Notes: generated by a model not told the origin, from the letters alone. Shown: positions 38,719 to 49,606, numbered from the stretch's first letter. The stretch: DNA of 64,000 bases from Burkholderiales bacterium (GCA_022841375.1 JALHRQ010000013.1:5384-69383); one strand, 5' to 3'. Numbers and translations are program-made.

Positions 38719-40809
38719 ATGAACGACGCCATCCGGGCGCTGCTGCACCCGCAATCGATCGCCGTCATTGGCGCATCCAGCGATTTCAACAAGATCAACG
38801 GCCGCACGTTCAAGGCGCTGGTCGACAAGGGTTACGCCGGGCGGATTATTCCGGTGAATCCGAAATACCAGATGCTGCTGGATCGGCCGTGTTATCCGGA
38901 CATTGCTTCAATTCCGGGCACTGTTGATCTCGCCGTTGTAGCAGTACCGGCGCGTCATGTGCCCGACACCCTGCGTGAACTCGGACGCAAAGGCGTCAAG
39001 GCTGCAGTGGTGTTCAGTTCCGGATTCAGCGAGGTCGGCGGTGACGGTATTCGTCTTGAAGCCGAACTGAAACAGGCGATCCGCGACAGCGGTGTGCGTA
39101 TCCTCGGCCCGAACTGCCTGGGACTGGTCAACGTGTTCGAGAACGTGATGGCGACCTTTAGCCAATTTTCGCTGGGGCCGACGCCGGAAGGTCCGGCAGC
39201 CTTTGTCACGCAGTCCGGTGCATTGGGTACGGCAACGGCCGGCGTGGCGCGCAAGCGCGGCCTCAATTTCGGATTTTTCGTCAACACCGGCAATGAAACC
39301 GACATCCAGTTTGTCGACGTGATGGGCGCGATCATTGCCGAACCGCAGATCAAGGTCGGCGCGGGTTATATCGAAGGCCTGAAGAACGGCGCCGGGCTGC
39401 TGCAGGTGGCGGAAGACGCGATGCAGCGCTGCAAGCCGCTGGTGCTGACCAAGGTCGGACGCACGCGCGCCGGCGCGAAAGCGATTGCCTCGCACACCGG
39501 TTCGCTCGCGGGTGAGGATGCGGTGTTCGACGGCGTGATCCGTCAGCGTGGCATCATCCGCGCCCGCAGTGATGAACAACTACTTGATTTTGTTGAGATA
39601 TTTTCAAACTGCGCATTGCCGGGCGGCAACGGCATCGGCATCATCACGCGCTCCGGTGGCGCCGGTGCGCTGATGGCAGACCGGGCCGAAGAAATCGGCC
39701 TCAACGTCGCCACACTCAGTGAGGCGACCACAACGGCGTTGCGCAAGGTGGTGCCGGCCTTCGGTTCCACCGGCAATCCGGTGGACATCACCGCACAGGG
39801 ATTGGTGAACCCGAACCTGATGCGCGAGAGCATCAATATCCTGCTGTCCGATCCCAAGGTGGATGTGGCCATTGCCTGGCTGTCGTTCTCGGAAAAACAG
39901 GCTGACATGAACGTGCAGAATTTTGTTGAAGCGAAGGCGCAAACGACGAAGCCGTTCATCGTGTGCTGGATGGGCATGCCGGATGCTGCCGGCGAAAAGA
40001 TGCGCGCTGCCGGGATTCCGGTACTGCGCAGCGCCGAAGCCGCGGTGGATGCGGTGGGCGCCATCGTGCGTTACGCCGAAGCGCGACGGAACTGGCAGGC
40101 CGATGCCCCGGCGCGCGCTGCACTGCAGTTTCCGCAACTGAAGTTGCCGGTGCAGCCGGGTCCGGTTACAAGTCTTGAGGGGCAGGCTTTATTGCAGACC
40201 TGCGGGGTGCAGACCGCTGTCGCAAAGCTGGCAACAACCGTTGATCAGGCGGTGGCTGCGGCCCAATCAATGGGTTATCCGGTGGCGTTGAAAATCGAAT
40301 CCCCGGACATCCTGCATAAAACGGAAGCCAAAGGTGTTGCGCTGAACCTGAAGGACGCGGATGCGGTACGTGCGGCGTTCGGTCAGTTGGTCGTCAATGC
40401 CAAAAACTACAAGGCGGATGCGCAGATCAGCGGTGTCCTGGTGCAGGCGATGGCGCAGGGCGATGTCGAACTGGTGATCGGCCTGAAGCGTGACGCCACG
40501 TTCGGTCCGGTGGTGATGGTGGGTTTGGGCGGGGTGCTGATCGAAGTGTTCAAGGATGTGGTGTTCCGCGTCGCGCCGGTGACCGAAGGTGAAGCGCTGC
40601 GCATGCTCGATGAATTAAAAAGCAGAGTGGTGCTTGATGGCGTGCGCGGCAAACCGCCGGTCAACAAACAGGCGCTGGCGCGGATGGTCAGCGCGGTGTC
40701 GCGGTTTGGCGCCGCAGCGGGTCCGCGGCTTGCCGAACTCGATTTGAATCCGGTACTGGCCGGTCCGCAGGGTGTTACGGCGGTGGACTGGCTGATGGTG
40801 CTGGATTGA
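38719..40809 (+). CDS. Acyl-CoA synthetase (NDP-forming, acetate--CoA ligase family, fused alpha-beta)
   Basis: IAVIGAS, GPNCLG, QSGA, SHTGSLAG, NPVD, HKTEAKGV and DLNPV. Confidence 0.9.
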   Translation: MNDAIRALLHPQSIAVIGASSDFNKINGRTFKALVDKGYAGRIIPVNPKYQMLLDRPCYPDIASIPGTVDLAVVAVPARHVPDTLRELGRKGVKAAVVFSSGFSEVGGDGIRLEAELKQAIRDSGVRILGPNCLGLVNVFENVMATFSQFSLGPTPEGPAAFVTQSGALGTATAGVARKRGLNFGFFVNTGNETDIQFVDVMGAIIAEPQIKVGAGYIEGLKNGAGLLQVAEDAMQRCKPLVLTKVGRTRAGAKAIASHTGSLAGEDAVFDGVIRQRGIIRARSDEQLLDFVEIFSNCALPGGNGIGIITRSGGAGALMADRAEEIGLNVATLSEATTTALRKVVPAFGSTGNPVDITAQGLVNPNLMRESINILLSDPKVDVAIAWLSFSEKQADMNVQNFVEAKAQTTKPFIVCWMGMPDAAGEKMRAAGIPVLRSAEAAVDAVGAIVRYAEARRNWQADAPARAALQFPQLKLPVQPGPVTSLEGQALLQTCGVQTAVAKLATTVDQAVAAAQSMGYPVALKIESPDILHKTEAKGVALNLKDADAVRAAFGQLVVNAKNYKADAQISGVLVQAMAQGDVELVIGLKRDATFGPVVMVGLGGVLIEVFKDVVFRVAPVTEGEALRMLDELKSRVVLDGVRGKPPVNKQALARMVSAVSRFGAAAGPRLAELDLNPVLAGPQGVTAVDWLMVLD

Positions 40810-40825
40810 CGCGATGAAAGTATCC

Positions 40826-40970
40826 GTAGCCCGGATGGAGCATCGCGGAATCCGGGGCAATGTACGCCTTGACGATAGGGTGAATGCATCCGTTGTCGCA
40901 AAGGTGTTCCCGGATTGCGGCCTGCGGCCTTCCACCCAAGGTGACTTCCTTCGGGGCGCATCCGGGCTAC
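40826..40970. repeat. Inverted pair of GTAG-type REP-like elements
   Basis: GTAGCCCGGATG...AATCCGGG at 40826-40856; CCCGGATTGC at 40909; CATCCGGGCTAC at 40959-40970. Confidence 0.65.
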
Positions 40971-40986
40971 TGACGGGATTAACGCC

Positions 40987-42246
40987 ATGAGCGCACCCGG
41001 CGGCGCTGTCCGCAGCCCGGCGCTGGCGCCGTTCCGCGTTCGCGCCTTCCGTTTTCAGTGGCCGGCCGATCTCGCGGCATCCTGGGCCATGGAAATGGAA
41101 ATGCTCATTCTCGGCTGGTATGTGCTGGTCGAGACGCGGTCGGTGCTGATGCTGACGATCTTTGCTTCGCTGCAGTATGTCGGCACCCTGCTGTCGCCGA
41201 TGTTTGGCGTCATGGGTGATCGCATCGGCCACCGCATCGTGCTCTGTGCGATGAGGGGCTTGTACGCAACCTTGGCGTCGGTGCTGATGGTGGCTGCATT
41301 CATGGATGCGGTGACACCAACGCTGGTGCTGATCACCACAGCAATCCTCGGCCTGGTCAAACCTTCGGATATCGGCATGCGCACCGCACTGGTGGGTGAA
41401 ACCGTTCCTTCCGCGCACCTGATGCCGGCGATGAGCATCCAGCGCACGACACAGGATTCGGCGCGCATCGCGGGTGCGCTGACCGGCGCGGGGCTCGTTG
41501 CGGTGCTGGGCATGTCCTGGGCCTATGTAGCGGTGGTCATCTTTTACGGCATCAGCCTGATTTTGAGCACCCGTGTGATCGAAACGCGCAGCGCCGATCA
41601 TGCAGTCGCTGCGCAACAGGCAACGCCGTGGCGCGACCTGAAAGAAGGCGTGAGCTATGTCTGGCGCGCGCCGCATCTGCGCGCGACCATGATCTTCGCG
41701 TTCCTGCTCAATCTCACTGCATTTCCGCTGTTTACGGGGCTGATGCCCTATGTCGCCAAGGAAGTTTACGGCGCCAGCCAGACGACGCTGGGCACCATGG
41801 TGGCATCGGCGGCGGGCGGGGCGCTGATCGGATCGATCATCATGAGCCGCTTCGGCGGTGTTTTTGCGCCGGCGCGTGCGATGCTGGTCTTCGGCGCGGC
41901 ATGGCTGGGTATGTTGCTGCTTTTTGCGCACACGCGCAGCCCGGCGGAAGGCATTCCGCTGTTGTTTATTGCCGGCGTCATGCAGACCATGAGTCTGATC
42001 CCCATCAGCACGCTGCTGCTGCGTACTTCCGATGAGCGTTATCGCGGACGCATCATGGGCATCCGCATGTTGGCGATCTACGGCAATCTGCCGGGCCTGC
42101 TGCTGGCGGGTCCGTCGATCGCCCATTTTGGCTACAGCTTCATGGCAAGCTCTTATTGCATTTTTGGTTTGTTGTTCACGGCTGCCATCGCCTTGTACTG
42201 GCGGGCCGATCTTTGGCGGGGCAGCGCACCGGCCAACCGGCGCTGA
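40987..42246 (+). CDS. MFS transporter
   Basis: About 12 hydrophobic segments; GVMGDRIGHR (motif A) and RGRIMG. Confidence 0.88.
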   Translation: MSAPGGAVRSPALAPFRVRAFRFQWPADLAASWAMEMEMLILGWYVLVETRSVLMLTIFASLQYVGTLLSPMFGVMGDRIGHRIVLCAMRGLYATLASVLMVAAFMDAVTPTLVLITTAILGLVKPSDIGMRTALVGETVPSAHLMPAMSIQRTTQDSARIAGALTGAGLVAVLGMSWAYVAVVIFYGISLILSTRVIETRSADHAVAAQQATPWRDLKEGVSYVWRAPHLRATMIFAFLLNLTAFPLFTGLMPYVAKEVYGASQTTLGTMVASAAGGALIGSIIMSRFGGVFAPARAMLVFGAAWLGMLLLFAHTRSPAEGIPLLFIAGVMQTMSLIPISTLLLRTSDERYRGRIMGIRMLAIYGNLPGLLLAGPSIAHFGYSFMASSYCIFGLLFTAAIALYWRADLWRGSAPANRR

Positions 42247-42260
42247 AAATTCGGGCAGGG

Positions 42261-43532
42261 TCAGCCGGCCCGGGGCAGTTCATTCCACGATGTTGTGTAG
42301 CTCGGTGATTTTTGCGCGGTTTGCATGCGCCAGGGCTGGTTGACCCCTGCGCCGGCAAATGTGGCGGTGTTCATTCCATAAATTCTGTTGATGCGATCCA
42401 TTGCGGTCATCAGGCGCGTGGCCCGAGGTCGCTCCAAGGCGCAGAAAAAGTCTTCCTGAACGGCATGCGCAGGCTGCAGTCCGGTCAGCATGACGCCAAT
42501 CTTCTTGTAGCGGTATCCCGGGCGGTAAATCCCCTCCAGGCCGGACACCGCAGCGGCAATCAGCCGTCGCGTGTCATCGGTGGCCGTCGTCAGCGGCACC
42601 AGTGCGGCGGGGTTGTATTGAGGGTCATCGTTGCGGAATTTGTTGGTATGCATGAATACCGTGACCTGCGAGCAGGAGGACTGTTGTGCCCGCAACCGTT
42701 CGGCGGCGCGGATGATGTGGCTGCATGCGGCTTCGCGCAATTCATGCAGTGCGGTCACCGGCCTGCCGAAACTCCGGCTCGCGAGTATCTGGGACTTTCG
42801 CCCGGCGATGTCTTCCAGGCCCATGCAGGACTCTCCATTGAGTTCGGCAACGGTGCGCTGCAGAACCACACTGAAACGTTTGCGCAGTTGCGTGGCATTC
42901 GCGTGTTTCATGTCCAGCACGGTGCGGATGCCCATGGCCTGCAGTTGCGGGGAGAGTCTGCGGCCGATGCCCCAGATTTCACCGACATCCAGCGTAGCCA
43001 TCAGGGTGTTCTGTTCTGTTGCGGATAATTCTTCCCAGTCGAAGACACCCTGATGCTGCGGATGCGTTTTGGCAACGTGATTGGCAAGTTTTGCCAGTGT
43101 TTTGGAAGCGCCGACGCCGGTGCAGGTGGTGATTCCGAGGTACTGGCGGACGCGGCTGCGTATGCTGCGGCCATAGTCGCTGGTTTTTTCCGGCATTCCG
43201 GTGAAATCGAGAAAACATTCGTCGATGGAGTAGATTTCCTGGCGCGGCGCGAACTCGCCGAGCAGCGCCATCATGCGCGAGCTCATGTCGCCGTAGAGCG
43301 CGTAGTTGGAACTGAGCCAGCGCAGGCCATGGCTTTTGACGAAACTGCGGATTTCAAAAAACGGCACGCCCATCTTGATGCCCAGCGCCTTGGCCTCGTT
43401 GCTGCGCGACACCACGCAGCCGTCGTTGTTCGACAGCACCACGACCGGGCGGCGATGCAACGCAGGATTGAATACCCGCTCGCACGACACGTAGAAATTG
43501 TTGCCGTCGACCAGTGCGATAGTCGACTTCAT
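42261..43532 (-). CDS. umuC: Y-family DNA polymerase V catalytic subunit
   Basis: [35 protein letters not shown] and SPSYTT.W.EL. Confidence 0.95.
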   Translation of the reverse strand: MKSTIALVDGNNFYVSCERVFNPALHRRPVVVLSNNDGCVVSRSNEAKALGIKMGVPFFEIRSFVKSHGLRWLSSNYALYGDMSSRMMALLGEFAPRQEIYSIDECFLDFTGMPEKTSDYGRSIRSRVRQYLGITTCTGVGASKTLAKLANHVAKTHPQHQGVFDWEELSATEQNTLMATLDVGEIWGIGRRLSPQLQAMGIRTVLDMKHANATQLRKRFSVVLQRTVAELNGESCMGLEDIAGRKSQILASRSFGRPVTALHELREAACSHIIRAAERLRAQQSSCSQVTVFMHTNKFRNDDPQYNPAALVPLTTATDDTRRLIAAAVSGLEGIYRPGYRYKKIGVMLTGLQPAHAVQEDFFCALERPRATRLMTAMDRINRIYGMNTATFAGAGVNQPWRMQTAQKSPSYTTSWNELPRAG

Positions 43533-44005
43533 GGCGTGTGCACGACGTGCGCGACGACCCCCCAGATCTGGAACTCATGTTCGTCGTTCACGGCAATGTC
43601 GGGGTAAGCCGGGTTTTCCGCTTTCAGCGTGAGTTTGCCGCGGCTGCGCTGCAGGCGTTTGACGGTCAGTTCACCGTTCAGCGCGGCGACGACAACACGA
43701 CCGGAGGCGGGGGACAGTGAGCGGTCAACGATCAGCAGGTCACCATGGTGAATGCCGGCGCCGGTCATCGAATCGCCTTTGACGCGCAGGAAAAAAGTCG
43801 CTTCCGGATGCAGCACCAGGTATTCGCTCAGATCCAGGCGCTGCTCGATATGATCCGTTGCCGGCGAAGGAAAACCCGCGGTGACCCGGCACGCGCCCAG
43901 CGGCAGCGCCTGTCTGTCCGGGTTCAATGCGGGTGACAGCGGTACGCCGATGGGGATGCGGCGTGAGGGGGAAGACTTTCGGGAGGGGGTATTGGCAGGG
44001 TTCAT
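43529..44005 (-). CDS. umuD: DNA polymerase V accessory subunit (S24 autoprotease)
   Basis: AGFPSPA, VKGDSM and TVKRL; overlaps umuC. Confidence 0.93.
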   Translation of the reverse strand: MNPANTPSRKSSPSRRIPIGVPLSPALNPDRQALPLGACRVTAGFPSPATDHIEQRLDLSEYLVLHPEATFFLRVKGDSMTGAGIHHGDLLIVDRSLSPASGRVVVAALNGELTVKRLQRSRGKLTLKAENPAYPDIAVNDEHEFQIWGVVAHVVHTP

Positions 44006-44007
44006 AT

Positions 44008-44027
44008 TACTGTAATTATATACAGTA
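44008..44027. promoter_or_regulatory. LexA (SOS) box
   Basis: TACTGTAATTATATACAGTA fits CTG-N10-CAG, directly upstream of the umuD ATG. Confidence 0.92.
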
Positions 44028-44050
44028 TTTATCAACGCCAAGGCAGTCGC

Positions 44051-44079
44051 AAAAAACGGGCGCCACCGCAGTGCGCCCG
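44051..44079 (-). terminator. Intrinsic terminator after the Bug gene
   Basis: Minus strand CGGGCGC-ACTGCGGTG-GCGCCCG-TTTTTT. Confidence 0.7.
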
Positions 44080-44101
44080 CCGATGCCGGAAAGCAGTCTT
44101 T

Positions 44102-45127
44102 TCAGTCGCGTTTCAGTCCGGCGCTCTGGATCATTTTCGCGTTCTTGTCGAGTTCCAGTTTGAGGAATGCGGAAAACTGTTCCGGCGTGTTGGGGGTGAG
44201 GGTGCCGCCTTCGATGCTGACGCGTTTTTTGACTTCGGCATCGTCCATTGCTTTGAGCAGCGTGCCATGCAGCGTGGACAGGATGTCGGCCGGCGTTTTA
44301 GCTGGCGCGAGCAATGCGTACCACTGCGTGAATTCATAACCGGGCACGCCGGCTTCATTCAGTGTCGGAATATCCGGCACCAGAGGAGAACGCACGGTGC
44401 TGGTAATGGCGATGCCGCGCATGCGGCCGGCTTGCAGGTGCGGGAGCGTGGTGGTCGGGCCGGCAAACGCCATGTCCACCTGACCGGCGATGAGTTCGGT
44501 GGCAAAGATGGAGGTGCCTTTGTAGGGCACGTGCAACAGGTCGACCCTGGCCATGGACTTGAATAATTCTCCCGCGAGATGCGAGGTGCCGCCGATACCC
44601 GAGGACGCATAGGTCAGTTTGCCGGGGCGCGCCTTGACCACCGCGAGCAGCTGTTTCAGGTTGGTAGCGGGCACCGAAGGATGTACGACCAGGATGAAGG
44701 GAATTTTTGCGAACAGGCTCACCGGCGCGAAATCGCGCAGCGTGTCGAACGGCGACTTGCCTTCACCCCACACCGGGCTGATCACCAGCGGCCCCGAACT
44801 GCCCCACAGCAGGGTGTAGCCGTCGGCGGCCGCACGCGCGACATGGTCGGTGCCGATACGGCCTGATGCGCCGGAGCGATTATCGATGATGAACTGTTGA
44901 CCGAGCAGTTGCCCCATGCGGTTGCCTGCGGCGCGCGCGAACGAGTCGGTGGCGGCACCCGGCGGGAACGGCACCACGATGGTGACCGGACGGCGCGGAT
45001 AGGCCTGCGCGTGGGCGCTGATCGTGTGCAGCAATGCGGCCGCAACCAATACGGTGATCGCGACCGGCAATAGCCGCCGGCGTAGGGATACTTTATAAGT
45101 ATTTGATTTAATTATCATATTTATCAA
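44102..45127 (-). CDS. Bug/TctC substrate-binding protein (start uncertain)
   Basis: YPRRPVTIVVPFPPG, DGYTLL and HVPYKG. Confidence 0.9.
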   Translation of the reverse strand: MINMIIKSNTYKVSLRRRLLPVAITVLVAAALLHTISAHAQAYPRRPVTIVVPFPPGAATDSFARAAGNRMGQLLGQQFIIDNRSGASGRIGTDHVARAAADGYTLLWGSSGPLVISPVWGEGKSPFDTLRDFAPVSLFAKIPFILVVHPSVPATNLKQLLAVVKARPGKLTYASSGIGGTSHLAGELFKSMARVDLLHVPYKGTSIFATELIAGQVDMAFAGPTTTLPHLQAGRMRGIAITSTVRSPLVPDIPTLNEAGVPGYEFTQWYALLAPAKTPADILSTLHGTLLKAMDDAEVKKRVSIEGGTLTPNTPEQFSAFLKLELDKNAKMIQSAGLKRD

Positions 45128-47148
45128 TTCCCATGGCGCTTGATGCGCTCGGCAAAGTCACGTTCGAATACACGACGTTCACCCTCGTACGCTTCGAGTC
45201 GCGCAGTGACGATGAAATCACGTTTGTCGCAAGCAACTTTCGTACGCATTTCGGTACGCACATTCCAGTCACCGCGTTCGAACAGCCAGGTCCAGGTCAC
45301 TTCAACTTCACAGGACAGCGGATCGCCCTCGACGATGCGATAACGTTCGGTGGACCGCGCTTCTGCAATCAGATTGTCGATGTCGTCGTAACGGCCGCGG
45401 CCACTGGAGTCCGTGATCTCGACCACGGTTTCGTTTTTGCCCATGTCGGTGCGCACCACGCGGTTGCGTCCGCCGGCTGCGAGCGCGGTGCGCTTGAATG
45501 GCGGCGCGGCTTCCACCGGCTTGAATTTTATTTTTGCGTCTTCCTTGCGCGGCGGACGCACCGGCAGTTCCAGCGCGCTGTTGCCGGTATGCAGCGTCAG
45601 CGTCACCGGTTCCGGCGACGGCCAGATCAGCGGCCAGTAGGTCGTCGACACCGCGACGCGCATGCGGTGGCCTTTGACAAACGAATACGCCGTATCGGAG
45701 AGCGGCACACGCACCGTATAGCGGCGGCCGGGAACCAGTTTGACGGGTTTGTCCGCGCCGTTGATGTGGGTCAGGTTGAAAATGCCGTAGGTAACCCGCG
45801 TTGATGCGCCATCCGGGGCGACATCACACAGCCGCACACAAATGAATGCGGTCGGCCTGTCCACGGAAATCGTCAGCGTGGCGACCGGCGTGCCGAGGAT
45901 TTCCACGGTTTTGGTCAATGCCGCACCGTCAAAACAGACCGATTTGCCGTCGTCGGCGCGCTGGTCACCGGGCATTTCCGGGCTGGGGCCATGCTGGAAC
46001 CAGGGCATCAATTCGCCACAGTCGAGTCCCAGTGCCTGCGGAGACCGGGCAACGATTTTTGCTGCTTTACCGGCGCGTTCCGCCAATTGGCCCCCGTCGT
46101 TGAGGAACCATTTTTTTGTCTTGATGCGTGTCGACGGCCATGCCGGTTCCGCGACCCAGCGTCCCGGCGATTCGGGGTAATAGTTTTTTGCCGGCACCGC
46201 CTGCGGCATCCAGGCGGTGAGCATCGGCTCTTCCATGATTCCCTTGTCTTTGCCGCGCATCCAGTGGTCGAACCAGCGCAGCGTTTCCTGCAGGAAACCG
46301 ATCGCCGGGCCCGGTACGCCGAGGTGCGCGAAGCGATGCCCCCAGGGGCCGATCAGTCCCTTGCGCGGCACCTGGAGTTTTTTCATCGCCTCGCCGACCG
46401 CGCCGACATACGAACTGTCGGCCCAGCCGCTGACTGCATAAAACGGGCATTTGATGCGGTCGAAGTCGATGGCGCGGCTGCGCCAGTAGTCGCCGTAGTT
46501 CTGGTGCTGCAGGGCCGAGATGATCTGCGGCGCATTGTGTTCCAGCCGTTCCAGCCACAGCGCCCGCCATTTGGTTCCGACCAGTTGCGGATCGGGTGGA
46601 CGTGATTTGTAGCCGAACATCTGCGTCGACCAGCGGATCGAACGCAGCAGCACCGAGCCGCCGCGAAATACCTGGCTGTAGGTATAGCGATCTGGCGCGA
46701 ACGAACAGGGAACGATGGCCTTGAGTTCCTTCGGCGCACGATAAGCGGTCTGGATGGCCTGGAAGCCGCCCCACGAAATGCCGAACATGCCGACCTGACC
46801 ATCGCTCCATGGCTGTGCGGCTATCCATTTGAGCACTTCGAGGGTGTCGTCCTGTTCCTGCTTCATCGCGAACACGCCCTGATGACCGTCAGAATCGCCC
46901 GAGCCGCGGATGTCGACGCGCATGCAGGCATAACCATGACCGGCAAAGTAGCGGTGATGCATCGCGTCGCGCGGCGCGTAGATGTCACGTTTGCGGTAGG
47001 GCAGCACTTCAATGATCGTCGGTACCGGTTTGGACATTGCGCTGTCGGGCAGCCACAGTTTTGCAGCGAGCCGCACGCCATCGGGCATGGGTATCCAGCA
47101 GTCTTCGGTTTCGGTCCAGCGGTGCGGAAAATCGGTGATGGTTTTCAT
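45124..47148 (-). CDS. CocE/NonD family serine hydrolase (X-Pro dipeptidyl-peptidase-like)
   Basis: PYRKRD, DIRGSGDS.G, GISWGG nucleophile elbow, GWAD and GPWGH. Confidence 0.9.
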   Translation of the reverse strand: MKTITDFPHRWTETEDCWIPMPDGVRLAAKLWLPDSAMSKPVPTIIEVLPYRKRDIYAPRDAMHHRYFAGHGYACMRVDIRGSGDSDGHQGVFAMKQEQDDTLEVLKWIAAQPWSDGQVGMFGISWGGFQAIQTAYRAPKELKAIVPCSFAPDRYTYSQVFRGGSVLLRSIRWSTQMFGYKSRPPDPQLVGTKWRALWLERLEHNAPQIISALQHQNYGDYWRSRAIDFDRIKCPFYAVSGWADSSYVGAVGEAMKKLQVPRKGLIGPWGHRFAHLGVPGPAIGFLQETLRWFDHWMRGKDKGIMEEPMLTAWMPQAVPAKNYYPESPGRWVAEPAWPSTRIKTKKWFLNDGGQLAERAGKAAKIVARSPQALGLDCGELMPWFQHGPSPEMPGDQRADDGKSVCFDGAALTKTVEILGTPVATLTISVDRPTAFICVRLCDVAPDGASTRVTYGIFNLTHINGADKPVKLVPGRRYTVRVPLSDTAYSFVKGHRMRVAVSTTYWPLIWPSPEPVTLTLHTGNSALELPVRPPRKEDAKIKFKPVEAAPPFKRTALAAGGRNRVVRTDMGKNETVVEITDSSGRGRYDDIDNLIAEARSTERYRIVEGDPLSCEVEVTWTWLFERGDWNVRTEMRTKVACDKRDFIVTARLEAYEGERRVFERDFAERIKRHGN

Positions 47149-47349
47149 GGGGTGTATCGCTTGATGAGAAAACAGACGGTGGAAAGTGCAAGTCAGTGTA
47201 ACCCCCGCGATACGTCATCATCAAACACGTGCACTTTTTCGTCCAGCCGATGGACCGCGCTGCTGTTGAACTCTGATCGGCCTGGATCTTGCGGATAATC
47301 GTGCTCTTTAGCAGCCGCCGCTGCTGCACCGCGTGTTAATATTTTTTGC

Positions 47350-48195
47350 ATGAAACGACACATCGCCTGCATCACCTTCGATTTTGATGCGATCTCGGGC
47401 TGGATCTCACGAGGCATGACCTCGCCGTCGCCGATTTCCCGCGGAGAATTCGGACCGAATGTCGCGCTGCCACGCATTCTCGAGTTGCTCGACAAATTCG
47501 GCATACCGACATCCTGGTATGTGCCGGGGCATACGCTGGAAACCTATCCCGAGCAGTGCCGGCGGGTGTTTGCGGCGGGCCATGAGATTGGTCATCACGG
47601 CTGGACACACCGTTCGCCGGCAGCGCTGACTCCTGAGGAGGAGGAGGCGGAACTGGTGCGCGCGAATGACCGCATCCGTGAACTGACCGGACAGGGCGCG
47701 CGTGGCTATCGTTCGCCGTCCTGGGATCTGTCGGCGCATTCCGTCGATCTGCTGCTGAAACACGGCTTTCTCTACGACAGCAGCATGATGGGGGACGACT
47801 ACACGCCGTACCGCGTGCGCCGCGGTGATGTTATCGAACTGGAGAAACCTGCGGTGTTCGGCCCGGAGACGCCGCTGATCGAGATGCCGGTGAGCTGGAC
47901 GCTGGACGACTATCCGCACTTCGAATTCATCCGCACGCCGACCTGGATCCTGCCGGGCAACATGAACGCCAACCGCGTGCTGGACAACTGGGTAAACGAT
48001 TTCGTTTACCTGCGCGATCACCTCGACTGGGGTGTCATCACTTACACCTTCCATCCCTTCGTCATCGGCCGCGGCCATCGCATGCTGGTGCTGGAAAAAC
48101 TGATTCAAACGCTGAAGGACGGCGGTGCGGTGTTCATGAAGCTCGAGGACGCCGCGGCCGAATATGCGCAGCGGGCGCCATTCCAGCCGCGCTGA
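47350..48195 (+). CDS. Polysaccharide deacetylase family (CE4, PuuE/HpPgdA-like), copy 1
   Basis: TFDFDA, HEIGHHGWTH, GYRSPSW, YDSSMMGDD and HPFVIGR. Confidence 0.88.
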   Translation: MKRHIACITFDFDAISGWISRGMTSPSPISRGEFGPNVALPRILELLDKFGIPTSWYVPGHTLETYPEQCRRVFAAGHEIGHHGWTHRSPAALTPEEEEAELVRANDRIRELTGQGARGYRSPSWDLSAHSVDLLLKHGFLYDSSMMGDDYTPYRVRRGDVIELEKPAVFGPETPLIEMPVSWTLDDYPHFEFIRTPTWILPGNMNANRVLDNWVNDFVYLRDHLDWGVITYTFHPFVIGRGHRMLVLEKLIQTLKDGGAVFMKLEDAAAEYAQRAPFQPR

Positions 48196-48236
48196 GCGCG
48201 GCGCCGCAGCTGGAATTTATAACTAATTGTTTTAAT

Positions 48237-49355
48237 TTACTTTTTCTTCTTCGCTGGGGCGCGTTTCCTGGCAACAGGCTTGCGTTTGGCTGCGGCTGCC
48301 GCGGGTTTGCGCGTTTTTTTCTCAGGACCTGCGGCAGCTTTGCGTGCGCCGATTTTTACCGGCTTGCCGCTGCGAACCGATTCGAGGATTGACTCCAGCA
48401 CGGTGACGCCATGAATTTCGTCGCCGCCGGCTACGGCCAGCGCCTTTCGCGCAGAGACGGCTTTGGCGAAATATTCCAGTTCGGCGCGCTCGGTGCTGGT
48501 TTCGGGGAAGGTCATCACTTGCGGGGGCTTGCGTTCACGCAAATTGTCCGGATTGAGCAGGCAGACCTTCATCTGCCAGGTACTGAGGTGCTCCAGGTCG
48601 CCGACTTCGACCCAGCCCTTGGAGCCGAAGACCTGCATGCGCCAGGTTTCGGCGGTGGCAATGAAGGTGCCGAGGTAACCGCTGGCGCCATCCTTGAAAC
48701 GGAACAGCATCGAGGTGGTGTCGTCAATGCCGTAATCGAGCGCGCGGCGGAAACTCTGTGAATACACGGTATCAACGTGGCCTGCGAGGTACAGCATGGC
48801 ATCGACCACATGTACGCCGCGGCCGGTCATGCCGCCGCCGGGGCCTTCATCCTTTTTTTGGCGCCAGTGGTCTTTGGGATACCAGTAGACGCTGGGACCG
48901 CAGAAATTGCCCTCGATGTGCAACAGTTTGCCGAGGCGGCCGTCATCCAACATGCGGCGGATTTCCTGAAGTGCAGGCTGGAAGCGCCAGTTATAGCCGA
49001 CGGCCAGCGTGACGCCGGCTTTCGCGCAGGCACGCACGGCTTCCTTCGCCGATTCGGTGGTCAGCGTGAAGGGCTTTTCGGTGAATACGTGCTTGCCGGC
49101 CTTCGCTGCGGCGACGATCAATTCGGCATGAATGCTGTGGGGCGTAGCCAGGACGATGGCGTCAATGCCGGGGTCGGCCAGCAGCTTGCGGTAATCGTCA
49201 TAGAGTCGCAGGCCGCGGCTGTCGGCGTATTCCTGCACCCGAGCCGGTGTGCGCACAGCACCCGCGACAAAGCGGATGAGACTGCTTTTGCCCTGCACGC
49301 TGTTGACGAGGTTCTGGCCCCAGCGTCCCAGTCCGATGATTGCGGCGTTGATCAT
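48237..49355 (-). CDS. Gfo/Idh/MocA oxidoreductase with Lys/Ala-rich tail
   Basis: GLGRWG, GKHVFTEKP and GVH.VD. Confidence 0.88.
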   Translation of the reverse strand: MINAAIIGLGRWGQNLVNSVQGKSSLIRFVAGAVRTPARVQEYADSRGLRLYDDYRKLLADPGIDAIVLATPHSIHAELIVAAAKAGKHVFTEKPFTLTTESAKEAVRACAKAGVTLAVGYNWRFQPALQEIRRMLDDGRLGKLLHIEGNFCGPSVYWYPKDHWRQKKDEGPGGGMTGRGVHVVDAMLYLAGHVDTVYSQSFRRALDYGIDDTTSMLFRFKDGASGYLGTFIATAETWRMQVFGSKGWVEVGDLEHLSTWQMKVCLLNPDNLRERKPPQVMTFPETSTERAELEYFAKAVSARKALAVAGGDEIHGVTVLESILESVRSGKPVKIGARKAAAGPEKKTRKPAAAAAKRKPVARKRAPAKKKK

Positions 49356-49606
49356 GAAGCTCCTCTGTGATCGTCAATGTTTCATTGAAGTGCAGGCATG
49401 CACCAAACGGTGACATGGCACCGCAGTGCAGACGGATTGCAGCGGCTGCGGACGGTATCAAGCAAGGTCCAGGCACATGTTGCAGAGCGCGGACGGACTC
49501 CGGCTCGGCCACGATTTGGAATTGCTGAAACACCGCATCCCCATTGCACAAGGCTCTCAGTATACTGGCTGAGCGCAGCAAATTTCATCCACTCCAGGAC
49601 AAACTG

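Noticed and set aside
40615-42126. 503-aa minus-strand ORF
   Set aside because: Antisense shadow of the MFS gene in GC-rich DNA, with no recognisable motifs
45096-45108. IHF consensus match (AATCAAATACTTA on the minus strand)
   Set aside because: Short degenerate motif in an AT-rich patch with no supporting context
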